Source: Candidatus Limnocylindrales bacterium
GTDB lineage: Bacteria; Chloroflexota; Limnocylindria; Limnocylindrales; CSP1-4
Length of the DNA stretch: 49,031 bases
Direction of reading: 5' to 3'
Assembly (NCBI GenBank): GCA_036277775.1
Contig: DASUMJ010000217.1
Coordinates: 1 to 49,031, forward strand
A program made the translations under genes and the position numbers. The notes under the pieces were generated by a model. That model saw nothing but the letters and a program-made list of their open reading frames with translations. It was not told the origin of the DNA and made no database searches. Below are positions 1 to 9,457 of this stretch, in pieces. Each line of letters begins with the position of its first letter. Within the stretch, counting starts at the first letter, position 1.

Positions 1-107
1 GACGAGCGCGCCGCCCGGCGTCCGAGCCGGTCGGTCCAGGCCTGCATGGCCCCGGCTTGGTCCTCCGTCGTCCCCGGCATGCGGCCGCCGTGGTGGGTGA
101 GCAGCAA
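1..107 (-). CDS. Partial hypothetical protein (N-terminus only; the gene runs off the left edge)
   Basis: The minus-strand frame is open from 206 to 1 with no stop. A TTG at 107 sits 10 nt after GAGGA and gives 'LLLTHHGGRMPGTTEDQAGAMQAWTDRLG', which looks like the start of a small alpha/beta-barrel protein. In-frame alternative starts are ATG 203 and GTG 206. It lies divergent to the promoter at 229-258. Confidence 0.3.
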   Translation of the reverse strand, partial: MLLTHHGGRMPGTTEDQAGAMQAWTDRLGRRAARS

Positions 108-228
108 GTCCGCAGTGTCCTCGGGTCCTCGCTGCGGCCACGCGGTTCGTCGCTCCCCTGCCTTGACGGTGGAGCGGGGACCCCGGGAATCGACAGGCCG
201 CATCACTGTCGGCGAGCCGTCCCACGGC

Positions 229-273
229 TTGACGCCGGACTGCAGCCCCTCGTATCCTCGATAATCGATGATC
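229..273 (+). promoter_or_regulatory. Promoter plus operator box A upstream of the SDR operon
   Basis: TTGACG (229-234), 18-nt spacer, TATCCT (253-258). The box TCGATAATCGATGATC (258-273) follows immediately. This is an AT-rich island in GC-rich DNA, and the same 21-nt string TATCCTCGATAATCGATGATC recurs at 16984-17004. Confidence 0.7.
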
Positions 274-349
274 TGTCGACGCTCCGCGCGGCGCGAGGCG
301 CCCCCGACGACGGACGTGACACGGGACCACCGCCCCGGAGGGACGACGC

Positions 350-1201
350 ATGCGCGACGAGGCAGCCACGCCCCCTGACGAGGAGGTCCGACGCGAGGGC
401 GAGCCGGCCGCTGCCTTCGCACCCGACGCCCGCTTCCGCCTCGACGGTCGCGTCGCGCTCATCGCCGGTGGCGGCGGCGCCATCGGCTCGGCGATCGGAG
501 CGGCATTCGCCGGCGCCGGCGCCCGCGTGGTCGTCGTCGATCGGACCCCGGACCGCGCTGCCGAGTCGGCGGAGCGGGCCTGCGCGCTCGGTGGCATCTG
601 CAAGGGCGTGACTGCGGACCTGACCGACGAGGCCGATGCGGAACGGATCGTGCAGGAGGCGGTCGATGCCTTCGGCCGGCTCGACATCATCGTGAACGCC
701 GTGGGTGGGGGCGCCGGCAAGGTCCTGTTCGACGCTGAGGTCTACCCGCGCGATGCCTGGGACTGGATCTTCGAGCTGAACGTGCGGAGCACCCTCGTCG
801 CGACGCAACCCGCCGTCCGCGCGATGATCGCCGGTGGTCGTGGCGGCCGGGTTCTCAACATCAGCTCGGTCCGGGCGTCGCTCGGGATCAACGCCGGCTA
901 CTCCGCCTACGTCGCTGCGAAGGGGGCCGTCAGCTCGCTCACCCGCCAGTGGGCGACGGAGTGGGCCAAGCACGGCATCACCGTCAACGCCATCGCCCCG
1001 ACGTTCGTCGACACGCCGCAGGTCGCGATGCTGCTCGGGGATCCAGCATTCAAGGCCGGGATCGTCAGCCGGATTCCGCTCGGCCGGGTCGGCACGACGG
1101 CCGACCTCACCGGCCCGGCGCTCTTCTTCTGTTCCGATGCCGCGGGCTTCGTCACCGGCCAGATCCTCGGGATCGACGGTGGCCTGACCGCGACGCAGTA
1201 G
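350..1201 (+). CDS. SDR family NAD(P)-dependent oxidoreductase
   Basis: GGAGGGA lies 6 nt before the ATG. It has the Rossmann motif 'IAGGGGAIGSAIG', 'IVNAVG', and the catalytic YxxxK 'YSAYVAAKGAV'. Confidence 0.93.
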   Translation: MRDEAATPPDEEVRREGEPAAAFAPDARFRLDGRVALIAGGGGAIGSAIGAAFAGAGARVVVVDRTPDRAAESAERACALGGICKGVTADLTDEADAERIVQEAVDAFGRLDIIVNAVGGGAGKVLFDAEVYPRDAWDWIFELNVRSTLVATQPAVRAMIAGGRGGRVLNISSVRASLGINAGYSAYVAAKGAVSSLTRQWATEWAKHGITVNAIAPTFVDTPQVAMLLGDPAFKAGIVSRIPLGRVGTTADLTGPALFFCSDAAGFVTGQILGIDGGLTATQ

Positions 1202-1219
1202 CCCGGAGGACCTGGTCCG

Positions 1220-2131
1220 ATGCTCGAGGCCGTCTCGATGATGGAATCGGTGACGCCGAACGTCTTCACGACGACGAAGCTCCGGGGCTGCAACCCGAGC
1301 TTCGTCACGACCGCCGACGGCGTCGTCGTGATCGACACGCCACAGCTGCCGACGAAGGCCGTCGCGATGCGGGCCGAGGCCGAGTCCCACGGACCGATCC
1401 GCTACCTCGTCAACACCGAACATCACGTCGATCACATCTTCGGCAACTACTTCTTCAAAGGTGCCGGCCGGGTCGTCAACCACCGGGGCCTGTACGAGCG
1501 GTTCATGGTCGTGTTCCCCGAGCTCGATCCGTTCGCCTACGCGTATGAGTCGGTGCCCGGCGACAACCCGAAGGGGACCGACCTCGACGCCCCCGAGGCA
1601 CTTGCGCTCTGGCCCGATCGCGACGAGTACTACCGCGACCCGAACAAGGGAACGATCATCTTCACCGGCGACCTGACGCTGCGGGTCGGCGACCACACCT
1701 TCAACTGCCTGCACACGCCCGGCCATACGCCCGGCCAGCTGGCCGTCCACGTTCCTGAGGAGCGGGTCGTCTTCACCGGGGACACGATCTTCTCCGGCTG
1801 CCAGACGTGGCTGATGACCTCGGACGTCCCGCAGTGGCTCGAGGCCCTCGAGCGGATCCGGACCCTCGATGTCGACTGGATCGTGCCGGGCCACGGCCCG
1901 GTCGTCTCGAAGCAGTACCTCGACGTCCAGCGCTCCCACCTCCTCGAGTGGACGAGTGCCGTCGCCGCCGCGATCGCGAAGGGCTGGAGTCGCGAGGAGA
2001 CGATGGCCAGGGTGCACTTCCGGGACCGCTTCGGGCCGGTCGACATCGGGCAGGGCTACATGCTCGACTACATCCAGACGCGGAACGCCGGTGCCCTCTA
2101 CGACAAGCTGACGGCACCCGCCGGCGCCTGA
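1220..2131 (+). CDS. MBL-fold metallo-hydrolase
   Basis: It has the HxHxDH motif 'EHHVDHIFGN', downstream metal ligands 'HTPGHTPG' and 'VPGHGP', and a GGAGGA RBS. Confidence 0.9.
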   Translation: MLEAVSMMESVTPNVFTTTKLRGCNPSFVTTADGVVVIDTPQLPTKAVAMRAEAESHGPIRYLVNTEHHVDHIFGNYFFKGAGRVVNHRGLYERFMVVFPELDPFAYAYESVPGDNPKGTDLDAPEALALWPDRDEYYRDPNKGTIIFTGDLTLRVGDHTFNCLHTPGHTPGQLAVHVPEERVVFTGDTIFSGCQTWLMTSDVPQWLEALERIRTLDVDWIVPGHGPVVSKQYLDVQRSHLLEWTSAVAAAIAKGWSREETMARVHFRDRFGPVDIGQGYMLDYIQTRNAGALYDKLTAPAGA

Positions 2132-2178
2132 ACGGCGCATCACCCGATTCTGAGCCGGCAGGCAGGAGTGCCGCTGCG

Positions 2179-4368
2179 GTGAGCCTCGTCTACGACTGCG
2201 ACCATCGCCACGACCGGCCGGCCGCCGAGGTCACCGCCCTCGTGGGCGGAAAGGCCGCCAACCTCGCGATCATGGCCGGCGACCTCGGGTTGCCCGTGCC
2301 GCCGGCCTTCACTGTCACGACCGAGGCCTGCCGCGAGTACCTGGCCACGGGCTGGCCGCCGAGCCTCGACATGGAGCTTCGCGAACGCATGGCCCGCATG
2401 GAGGAGTTGGCCGGGCACAGCTTCGGCGACCCCGCCGACCCACTCCTCGTGAGCGTTCGGTCCGGGGCGCCGGTGTCCATGCCCGGGATGATGGACACGA
2501 TCCTGAACCTCGGACTCAACGACGCCACGACGGCCGGCCTCGCGGCCGCTTCGGGCAGCCCCCGCTTCGCGGCCAACTGCCGCGAGCGCTTCGAGACGAT
2601 GTTCCGCGAGACCGTCGGGGTCGCCGAGATTCCCGCCGACCCGTGGCAGCAGCTTCGGGCCGCGATCGAGGCCGTCTTCCGATCGTGGAACGGCGATCGC
2701 GCCCGCGCCTACCGGCAACGCGAGGGCATCCCGGACGACCTCGGTACCGCGGTGACGGTCCAGGCCATGGTCTACGGGAATCGCTCGGTCGACTCGGCGA
2801 CCGGTGTGCTGTTCACTCGCAACCCCGCGACCGGCGAGCCCGTGCTCTACGGCGACATCCTCTTCAATGCCCAGGGCGAGGACGTCGTGGCGGGAACCCA
2901 TCCGACCGAGCCGATCTCGGTCCTCGGCGAGCGCATGCCGGCGGTGGCGCGGGAGCTTCGCGCTGCGGCGGATCGACTCGAGCGCCACCACGCGGACCTC
3001 TGCGACATCGAATTCACGATCGAGCACGGTCGCCTGTGGCTCCTCCAGTGCCGCATCGGGAAGCGGAGCCCGCGGGCGGCGCTGCGGATCGCGCGCGACA
3101 TGGCCGAGACCCCGGACTTCCCGCTGACGCGGGCCGAGGCCGTCGCGCGGGTTGCCCACCTCCTCGCCGACCCACCGCGGATCGCGATCGACCCCGTAGG
3201 CGTGACGCCGATCGCGACCGGCCTGCCCGCCTCGCCGGGCCGCGCCGGTGGCGACCTGGTCGTGACTCCCGAGGGCGCCATCGCCGCGGCGGAGGCCGGT
3301 CGCGCCGTCATCCTGGCCCGCGCGGAGACCTCGCCCGACGACGTCCACGGCATGGCCGTCGCCGCCGGCATCCTCACCTCGACCGGCGGGCTCGCCAGCC
3401 ACGCGGCGGTGGTGGCGCGGGGCTGGGCGATCCCGGCGGTGGTCGGGGCTCGTGAGGTGCGAGTCGATGGCGACGGCATCGAGGTCGCCGGGCGTCGCTT
3501 CGACCTCGGCGCGGCGATCACGGTCGACGGCGACACCGGCGAGGTCTTCGCCGGCCTCATCGACGGGGCGTACGTCGTGGTCCCCGAGGCCCCGGTCCTC
3601 CGGGCCTGGGCCGACGAGCTCGGGATTCCGGTCGGCGGCCAGCCCGCATCGCCGTCACCGGTCGCTGGGGCGAGGGAAGACGAAGCCCACGACGCGGCAC
3701 GCGACGGTTCACTCGAGTCCCCGCCCGCGCCGGGCGAGGCGGTGCTCGAGCTGCTGACCGATGACGTGCTGACGATGCTCCTCGTGAAGGGCTACACGAC
3801 GGCCGAAGGCGCAGCCGTGGCCCTCGCCACCGGTGTCGACCGAGCGACAGCGGCGATCGATGCCCTCGTGGCGGACGGGCTCGCGGAACCGGCGGCGGGC
3901 GCGTTCCGGCTGACTGCCGAAGGACGCGAACGGGCTCGCGCGGCGGTTGCCCGGACCGCCGCCGCGTGGGGTCCGGCAGCCGCCGCCGCCGCGCTCGATG
4001 CCTTCTTGGCCCTCGACCAGCGAATGAAGGCGACCGTCACCCACTGGCAGGTCCGCGAGGACGGCGACGAGCAGGTCCTGAACGACCACACCGACCCCGA
4101 GTACGACGCCGGCGTGCTCGCGGAGCTGTCCTCCCTTCACGCCGATGCGATCGAGTGGCTGGGACCGGTCGCCGAGGGCCTCCCTCGGCTCCGGACCTAC
4201 GTCGACCGCCTCGAGCGGGCGTTCGCCGCCGCCCGCGCCGGAGACGGTCGGTACGTCGCCTCGCCGCGGGTCGACAGCTATCACGGCTGCTGGTTCGAGC
4301 TCCACGAGGACCTCATCCTCCACGCCGGCCGGACGCGGGCGGACGAGGTCGCGGCCGGTCGGGCGTGA
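2179..4368 (+). CDS. Pyruvate,phosphate dikinase-like protein: ATP-grasp nucleotide domain plus phosphohistidine swivel domain, no PEP/pyruvate TIM barrel, and a winged-helix-like C-terminal region
   Basis: The start is trimmed to the in-frame GTG at 2179 (GCAGGAG 10 nt upstream), because the longer ORF overlaps the MBL gene. The N-terminus 'VYDCD..LVGGKAANLAIMAGDLGLPVPPAFTVTTEACREYL' matches PPDK_N. The swivel motif is 'TSTGGLASHAAVVARGWAIPAVVG'. The last ~230 aa ('LLVKGYTTAEGAAVALATGVDRATAAIDALVADGLAE..FRLTAEGRERA') look like a MarR-type wHTH rather than the TIM barrel. Confidence 0.85.
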   Translation: MSLVYDCDHRHDRPAAEVTALVGGKAANLAIMAGDLGLPVPPAFTVTTEACREYLATGWPPSLDMELRERMARMEELAGHSFGDPADPLLVSVRSGAPVSMPGMMDTILNLGLNDATTAGLAAASGSPRFAANCRERFETMFRETVGVAEIPADPWQQLRAAIEAVFRSWNGDRARAYRQREGIPDDLGTAVTVQAMVYGNRSVDSATGVLFTRNPATGEPVLYGDILFNAQGEDVVAGTHPTEPISVLGERMPAVARELRAAADRLERHHADLCDIEFTIEHGRLWLLQCRIGKRSPRAALRIARDMAETPDFPLTRAEAVARVAHLLADPPRIAIDPVGVTPIATGLPASPGRAGGDLVVTPEGAIAAAEAGRAVILARAETSPDDVHGMAVAAGILTSTGGLASHAAVVARGWAIPAVVGAREVRVDGDGIEVAGRRFDLGAAITVDGDTGEVFAGLIDGAYVVVPEAPVLRAWADELGIPVGGQPASPSPVAGAREDEAHDAARDGSLESPPAPGEAVLELLTDDVLTMLLVKGYTTAEGAAVALATGVDRATAAIDALVADGLAEPAAGAFRLTAEGRERARAAVARTAAAWGPAAAAAALDAFLALDQRMKATVTHWQVREDGDEQVLNDHTDPEYDAGVLAELSSLHADAIEWLGPVAEGLPRLRTYVDRLERAFAAARAGDGRYVASPRVDSYHGCWFELHEDLILHAGRTRADEVAAGRA

Positions 4369-5168
4369 ACGCGGCCACCGTGCCCCGCGGGATCGGCGTG
4401 ACGCTGGCCGACGGCCGCTTCGTCGTGACGGGTGCCTCGAGCGGACTTGGCGCGGCGATCGTCCGGCACCTCGCCCTCCTCGGCGCACCGATCGTGGCAG
4501 CGGCACGCCGGATCGACCGGCTGGAGGCCCTCGCGGCGGAGCTCGAGGCGGCCCCCGGTCGGGTCGTCCCGGTGCGGGCCGACGTCACCGACGAGGACGA
4601 CGTGGCGGCGCTCATCGAGGCGGCAGTGAAGGCCCTCGGCGGCATCGATGTCCTCGTGAACAACGCCGGCAGCGAGGTCCAGGGCCCGATCGACACGCTG
4701 CCGGACGAGGCCTTCGAGGGCATGCTGAGGGCGAACGTCCTGAGCATCGTGCGCGTGACGCGGGCCGCCCTCCCGGCGCTCCGCGAATCCCGCGGGATGG
4801 TCGTCAATCTCGGCTCGACGGTCGTCAGCCGCCCTCCTCGCAACCGCTTCGGCTACGTCGCGAGCAAGGGTGCGGTCGAGGCGATGAGCCGGGCCCTCGC
4901 GCTCGACCTCGGCCGGGAAGGCATCCGGGTCAACGTCATCCGGCCCGGGATCATCCCGTCCGAGCTCCGGGGCCTGTCCGAGGACGAGGAGCGGGCTCGT
5001 TTCGCGACCGGGGTCGCGTTCGGACGGCAGGCCCTGTCGGTGGTCGGGGATGGTCGTGACGTCGCCGAGGCAGTGGCATGGCTCGCCGGACCGGGCGGGC
5101 GCTGGATCACGGGGGCCGTGATCGACGTGGACGGGGGCTACGTGCTTGGGGCGGCTGACGCGATCTGA
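4365..5168 (+). CDS. SDR family oxidoreductase
   Basis: The GTG start overlaps the upstream stop (GTGA at 4365-4368). Motifs are 'VVTGASSGLGAAIVRHL', 'NNAG' and the YxxxK 'YVASKGAVEAM'. Confidence 0.9.
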   Translation: MNAATVPRGIGVTLADGRFVVTGASSGLGAAIVRHLALLGAPIVAAARRIDRLEALAAELEAAPGRVVPVRADVTDEDDVAALIEAAVKALGGIDVLVNNAGSEVQGPIDTLPDEAFEGMLRANVLSIVRVTRAALPALRESRGMVVNLGSTVVSRPPRNRFGYVASKGAVEAMSRALALDLGREGIRVNVIRPGIIPSELRGLSEDEERARFATGVAFGRQALSVVGDGRDVAEAVAWLAGPGGRWITGAVIDVDGGYVLGAADAI

Positions 5169-5210
5169 CCCTCGGGGGTGTCGGGCGCGGCCTCGAGCCG
5201 TGCGGCAGGG

Positions 5211-6266
5211 TCAGTCCGGGGCGACGATGATCTTGATGGCGCCGCTGCCTCGGTCGTTGAACGTGCTGAGGGCCTCCTGGTAGGCCGACAGCGGGAAGCG
5301 ATGGGTGATGACCTCGTTGACCCGGATCCGCCCCTGCTCCACGAGGGGCATGACGCGGCGCATCTCGCCGGCCGTCGCCCGTGATCCGACGAGCTCCAGC
5401 TCGTCGAGGACGAGCCGCTGCAGTGCGATCTCCACACCGCTGGTCGGGATGCCGACGGCAGCGCAGCGGCCGCCCCGGCGGAGCATGCGGATCGCCCAGC
5501 CGATCGTCTCGGGCGTCCCGGCGCACTCAAGCACGACGTCCGCCCCGACACCGGTCAGCTCCCGAACGGCTTGGACCGGGTCGCCGTCGGCAGTGTCCAC
5601 GGTCTCGGAGCCCATGGCGGCCGCCTTGGCAAGTCGCCCGCCACGGCCGACGACGATGACCCGTGCGGCACCCCGGACGCGGGCGGCGTCGGCTCCGAGC
5701 AGTCCGATCGCACCAGCGCCGGTGATGGCGACGGTGTCGCCCGGGGAGATCCCGCCGCGGTTCGCGACGTGGAGGGCGATCGACGCCGGGTCGACGACCG
5801 CGCCGGCCTCGAAGCTCAGGCCATCGGGGAGCCGGAAGATCGTCTTGATCCCCTGGACGACGTACGTCGCGTCGGCGCCCTGGACGGTGTGGCCGTACTG
5901 CTTGTGGAGTCCCGCCACCCCGTAGTTCTCGCAGAGGTTGTAGCGGCCCTCGACGCACTTCTGACAGGCGCCGCAGGCGTCGTGGCTGGTGCCCGCCACG
6001 CGGTCGCCCACCCGCCACCCGTACCGGTCGGCGCCGGGACCCAGCTCGACGAGCTCGCCGGCCCACTCGTGGCCCGGGGTGAACGGGAAGGCCGGCGGCC
6101 AGAAGCCCGGGTAGTCGCCGCGGATGAGATGGGCGTCGGTGCCGCAGATCGAGACCGCCCGGACCCGGGCTCGGACCTCGTTGAACCCGGGGCTCGGTAC
6201 CGGGACTTCCCGGATCTCGAAGCGGTTCGGCTCGAGGACGACGAGCGCCTCCATGGTCTCGGGCAC
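5211..6266 (-). CDS. Zinc-dependent alcohol dehydrogenase (MDR family, sorbitol/threonine-DH-like)
   Basis: It has the catalytic Zn motif 'GHEWAGELVELG', the structural Zn cysteines 'CGACQKCVEGRYNLC', and the Rossmann motif 'ITGAGAIGLLG'. Confidence 0.93.
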   Translation of the reverse strand: MPETMEALVVLEPNRFEIREVPVPSPGFNEVRARVRAVSICGTDAHLIRGDYPGFWPPAFPFTPGHEWAGELVELGPGADRYGWRVGDRVAGTSHDACGACQKCVEGRYNLCENYGVAGLHKQYGHTVQGADATYVVQGIKTIFRLPDGLSFEAGAVVDPASIALHVANRGGISPGDTVAITGAGAIGLLGADAARVRGAARVIVVGRGGRLAKAAAMGSETVDTADGDPVQAVRELTGVGADVVLECAGTPETIGWAIRMLRRGGRCAAVGIPTSGVEIALQRLVLDELELVGSRATAGEMRRVMPLVEQGRIRVNEVITHRFPLSAYQEALSTFNDRGSGAIKIIVAPD

Positions 6267-6281
6267 GGGCCGGCCTCCTCC

Positions 6282-7169
6282 TCAGACGACGGCGACGGGG
6301 TCGACCATCGACCCGGTCGCGCCGCGGATCTTCACGGGCAGGGCGACGAACAGGAACTCGTAAAGTCGCTGGCTTGCGAGCGCCTCGAGGTCGAGGCTCT
6401 CGAGCAGGTAGATCCCGTTCTCGATGAGCAGCAGCGTGTGGACCGGCTGGGGGTTGCCGGTGGGGCCGGGATCCGGGGCCGGCTGGACCTCGTAGGTCTC
6501 GGTGTCCGTCCCGGTCGCGACGATCCCGCGTTCCAGGAGCCAGCGCGCGGCGGAGATGTCCGGGCCGGGCGTCCGGTGGGCGGCCATCCGCTCGGCGTCG
6601 GGCCACAGCGACATGTAGCCGGTCCGGATGACCACGACGTCCCATGGCCGGACCTCGACACCTTCCGCGTCCGCGATCGCCTCCAGCTCCGCCGCGTCGA
6701 TCGGGGCGCCCCTCGGCAGGCAGGCCAGGCCCCGGTGGCCCGCCGCGTCGAGGAGCACGCCCCGGGTGAAGAACGGCGGCAGCGTCGAGGCGTCGAGGTG
6801 GTTCGGGCCGAAGTCCGTCAGGTGGTCGTCTGCCCGTCCCCCGCCGAACCAGTGCATGTCCTCGCCGACGGTCATGTGGGCGAGCGCGTCGACGTGAGCG
6901 CCGGAGTGGGACGTCGCCATGACGTACTCGGCCATGTAGCCGAGACCCGCGTCGTTGACTGGTCCCCATGGGCGGGCGCCGGTGACGCGGATGCCGCGCG
7001 GGGTCCGGGCGTTGAGGACCTGGAACGGCGGGTGCCCGGGGAAGAGCGGCATGCCGGGGAACCGCGCCGCGGCGAGCGAGATCGTCCGGCCCTCGCGGAC
7101 GAGACCCGCGGCGCGCACGACCTGGTCGGCGGGGAGTCGGCCGATCGGGCCGATGTCCGGGGCGGTCAT
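6282..7169 (-). CDS. Cyclase family protein (kynurenine formamidase / isatin hydrolase-like metal amidohydrolase)
   Basis: It has the HxGxHxDxxxH motif 'HSGAHVDALAHM'. The start overlaps the stop of the Mo subunit gene (ATGA at 7166-7169). Confidence 0.88.
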   Translation of the reverse strand: MTAPDIGPIGRLPADQVVRAAGLVREGRTISLAAARFPGMPLFPGHPPFQVLNARTPRGIRVTGARPWGPVNDAGLGYMAEYVMATSHSGAHVDALAHMTVGEDMHWFGGGRADDHLTDFGPNHLDASTLPPFFTRGVLLDAAGHRGLACLPRGAPIDAAELEAIADAEGVEVRPWDVVVIRTGYMSLWPDAERMAAHRTPGPDISAARWLLERGIVATGTDTETYEVQPAPDPGPTGNPQPVHTLLLIENGIYLLESLDLEALASQRLYEFLFVALPVKIRGATGSMVDPVAVV

Positions 7170-9457
7170 GCGTCGTCCTCCGTGTGCTCCTCCGACCCGG
7201 ACGCGGCGCCGGAGTCGTCCCGATCGCGCTCCCGGAGTGCCCGCCAGACGCGCTCCGGCGTCAGCGGCAGGTCACGAATCCTGATCCCCGCTGCATCACG
7301 GACCGCGCCTGCCACGGCGGCCGAGACGCACAGCAGCGCGCCCTCGCTCATGCCCTTGGAGCCGTACGGCCCGGGGCCATCCTCGTTCTCGACGAAGTCA
7401 CTCACCATCTCGACGGGCAGGTCCATGCTCGTGGGAATGCGATAGTCGATCGCCCCGAGGTTCCGGATCCGGCCGGCGTCGTCGAGGATGTAGTGCTCCA
7501 TCAGGGTGTGTCCCAGGCCCTGGATCGCGGCGCCCTCGTCCTGCATCCGGACCTGCAGCGGGTTGATCGCCTTGCCCACGTCGGACACCGTCACGTGGCG
7601 GGTGAGCGTCACGTCGCCGGTCGCCTCGTCGACCTCGGCCTCGATGGCCGTGCAGTTGAACTCGAAGAACGCCGGTGCCCCGCCGAGCGGGTGTTCCGGC
7701 GCGGCGTCGAGCCGTGTCTCGCCGACCCCGATGAGCTCCCCGCCGAGCCGGCCCAGGCCGGGCCCGAGGAGCTCGCGGATCGGGATCTCCCGATCGGGCA
7801 GGACGGCGACACCTCGCTCAACCCGGATCGCCGCCTCGTCCACGCCGTGGACCCGGGCGGCGATCGCCCGGAGCCGCGCCTGAATGTCGCGGCAGGCGGC
7901 AAGGACGGCATTGCCCATCAGGACCGTGGAGCGGCTGGCCGAGGTCTGCTGGTCGTACGGAACGACCGCCGTGTCGCCCATGACGACCGTCACCCAGTCC
8001 AGCGGCGCGCCGAGCTCGTCGCCGGCGATCTGGGCGAGGACCGTCCGGGCACCCTGGCCCATGTCGGAGGTCCCGGCGTAGACCACGACGCTGCCGTCGG
8101 CGAGCAGCCGGACGGTCGAGTACGAGAGGCCCGTCGTGGGGCCGGACTTGATGCCGACGGCGATCCCGCGGCCGCGGCCGCGAACCGCGGGCCGGTCCCA
8201 GCCCACGAGCTCGGCGGCCCGCCGGACCACCTGCGCCCAGTCGCCGTCGGCCGGCGTGTCCCAGGGAATGAACGCCTCCCCCTTCCGGGCGAGGTTCATG
8301 AGCCGGATCTCCAGCCGATCGATGCCGAGACGGAGGGCGGCCTCGTCGAGGTTCGACTCGACCGCCCAGTTGACCTGGGGGTTGCCGAATCCACGGAAGG
8401 CCGTGGACGGCACGGTGTGGGACAGGATCGGCCGGGCGACGACCCGCGCGGACGGCATCCGGTAGGGCCCCGCGGCAAGGTAGCTGCCCTTGCCCACGAC
8501 CCGGTCGGCGATGTCGACGTACGCCCCGATGAGGTAGTCGGCCCTGACGTCCTGGAAGCAGAGGGTGCCGTCGAGCCTGAGGCCCGTGCGGACGTGGACC
8601 TCGGCCGCCGCGCGGCGGACGGCCAGGAACGTCTCCTCGAGGCTCAGCACGAGCCGGACCGGCCGGCCGGCCCGGAGGGCCATGAGCGCGACGAGCGGCT
8701 CGTACTTGGCGTGCTGCTTGCCGCCGAAGCCGCCGCCTGGGTCAGGGGCGAAGACACGGACCCGCGAGAGCGGCAGGCCGGTCAGCCCGGCGATGATCCG
8801 CTGCAGCCAATTCGGGTGCTGGATCGTGCTCCAGACGGCGATCCCGCCGTCGTCCGGCGCCGCGATGAAGGCGTGCGGCTCGATCGCGAAGTGGGTCACC
8901 ATCGGGAACGTCCAGGTCCCCTCGACGACGACGTCGGCCGGCGTCGAGTCGACGTCGCCCCAGCCGACCCGGTGTTCGCGGAGCACGTTCGTCCCGGCGA
9001 GCGGGTCGCCCGGTCGCAGGGACGGATCCTGGACGAGCGGCGCGCCGGGGGCGAGGGCCGCGGCGACGCTCGTCACCGCCGGCAGCTCCTCGTAACGGAC
9101 CGTCACGAGCGCGGCCGCGGCCTCCGCCGCGTCGCGGGACTCGGCGGCCACGGCCGCAACCGGTTGCCCGTGGTAGGTGATCTCGCCGTCGGCGAGGACG
9201 GGCCGGTCCCGGTACTGGGGCCCGAACCGCGGCATCGGTGCGGGCAGGTCGGCCGCGCTCATCACGAGGTGGACACCCGGCACCGCCCGGGCTGCAGCCG
9301 CGTCGATCCCGAGCACCCGTGCGTGGGCGACGGGAAGCGTGACGAGCTTCGCGTGGAGCTCGCCTGGGAGGTGGATGTCAGCGACGTACGCCTGGCCGCC
9401 CGTCACCCGGCCGATGCCGCCGACTCGGTTCGGCGAGCCTCCGACGCGGGCCGTCAT
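7166..9457 (-). CDS. Xanthine dehydrogenase family, molybdopterin-binding large subunit
   Basis: 763 aa. The N-terminus 'NRVGGIGRVTGGQAYVADI' is typical of aldehyde oxidase/XDH a/b hammerhead domains. The three-subunit gene order is conserved, and the start overlaps the FeS subunit stop (ATGA at 9454-9457). Confidence 0.93.
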   Translation of the reverse strand: MTARVGGSPNRVGGIGRVTGGQAYVADIHLPGELHAKLVTLPVAHARVLGIDAAAARAVPGVHLVMSAADLPAPMPRFGPQYRDRPVLADGEITYHGQPVAAVAAESRDAAEAAAALVTVRYEELPAVTSVAAALAPGAPLVQDPSLRPGDPLAGTNVLREHRVGWGDVDSTPADVVVEGTWTFPMVTHFAIEPHAFIAAPDDGGIAVWSTIQHPNWLQRIIAGLTGLPLSRVRVFAPDPGGGFGGKQHAKYEPLVALMALRAGRPVRLVLSLEETFLAVRRAAAEVHVRTGLRLDGTLCFQDVRADYLIGAYVDIADRVVGKGSYLAAGPYRMPSARVVARPILSHTVPSTAFRGFGNPQVNWAVESNLDEAALRLGIDRLEIRLMNLARKGEAFIPWDTPADGDWAQVVRRAAELVGWDRPAVRGRGRGIAVGIKSGPTTGLSYSTVRLLADGSVVVYAGTSDMGQGARTVLAQIAGDELGAPLDWVTVVMGDTAVVPYDQQTSASRSTVLMGNAVLAACRDIQARLRAIAARVHGVDEAAIRVERGVAVLPDREIPIRELLGPGLGRLGGELIGVGETRLDAAPEHPLGGAPAFFEFNCTAIEAEVDEATGDVTLTRHVTVSDVGKAINPLQVRMQDEGAAIQGLGHTLMEHYILDDAGRIRNLGAIDYRIPTSMDLPVEMVSDFVENEDGPGPYGSKGMSEGALLCVSAAVAGAVRDAAGIRIRDLPLTPERVWRALRERDRDDSGAASGSEEHTEDDA

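Noticed and set aside
203-2143. 646-aa minus-strand ORF covering the SDR and MBL genes
   Set aside because: It lies antisense to two genes with clear family motifs. The translation is Arg/Gly/Pro/Asp-rich low complexity with no motifs, which is a typical high-GC shadow ORF.
1807-2178. N-terminal 124 codons of the 853-aa ORF for the PPDK-like protein
   Set aside because: This part overlaps the MBL gene in another frame and is Arg-rich. The PPDK_N homology begins right at the GTG at 2179.
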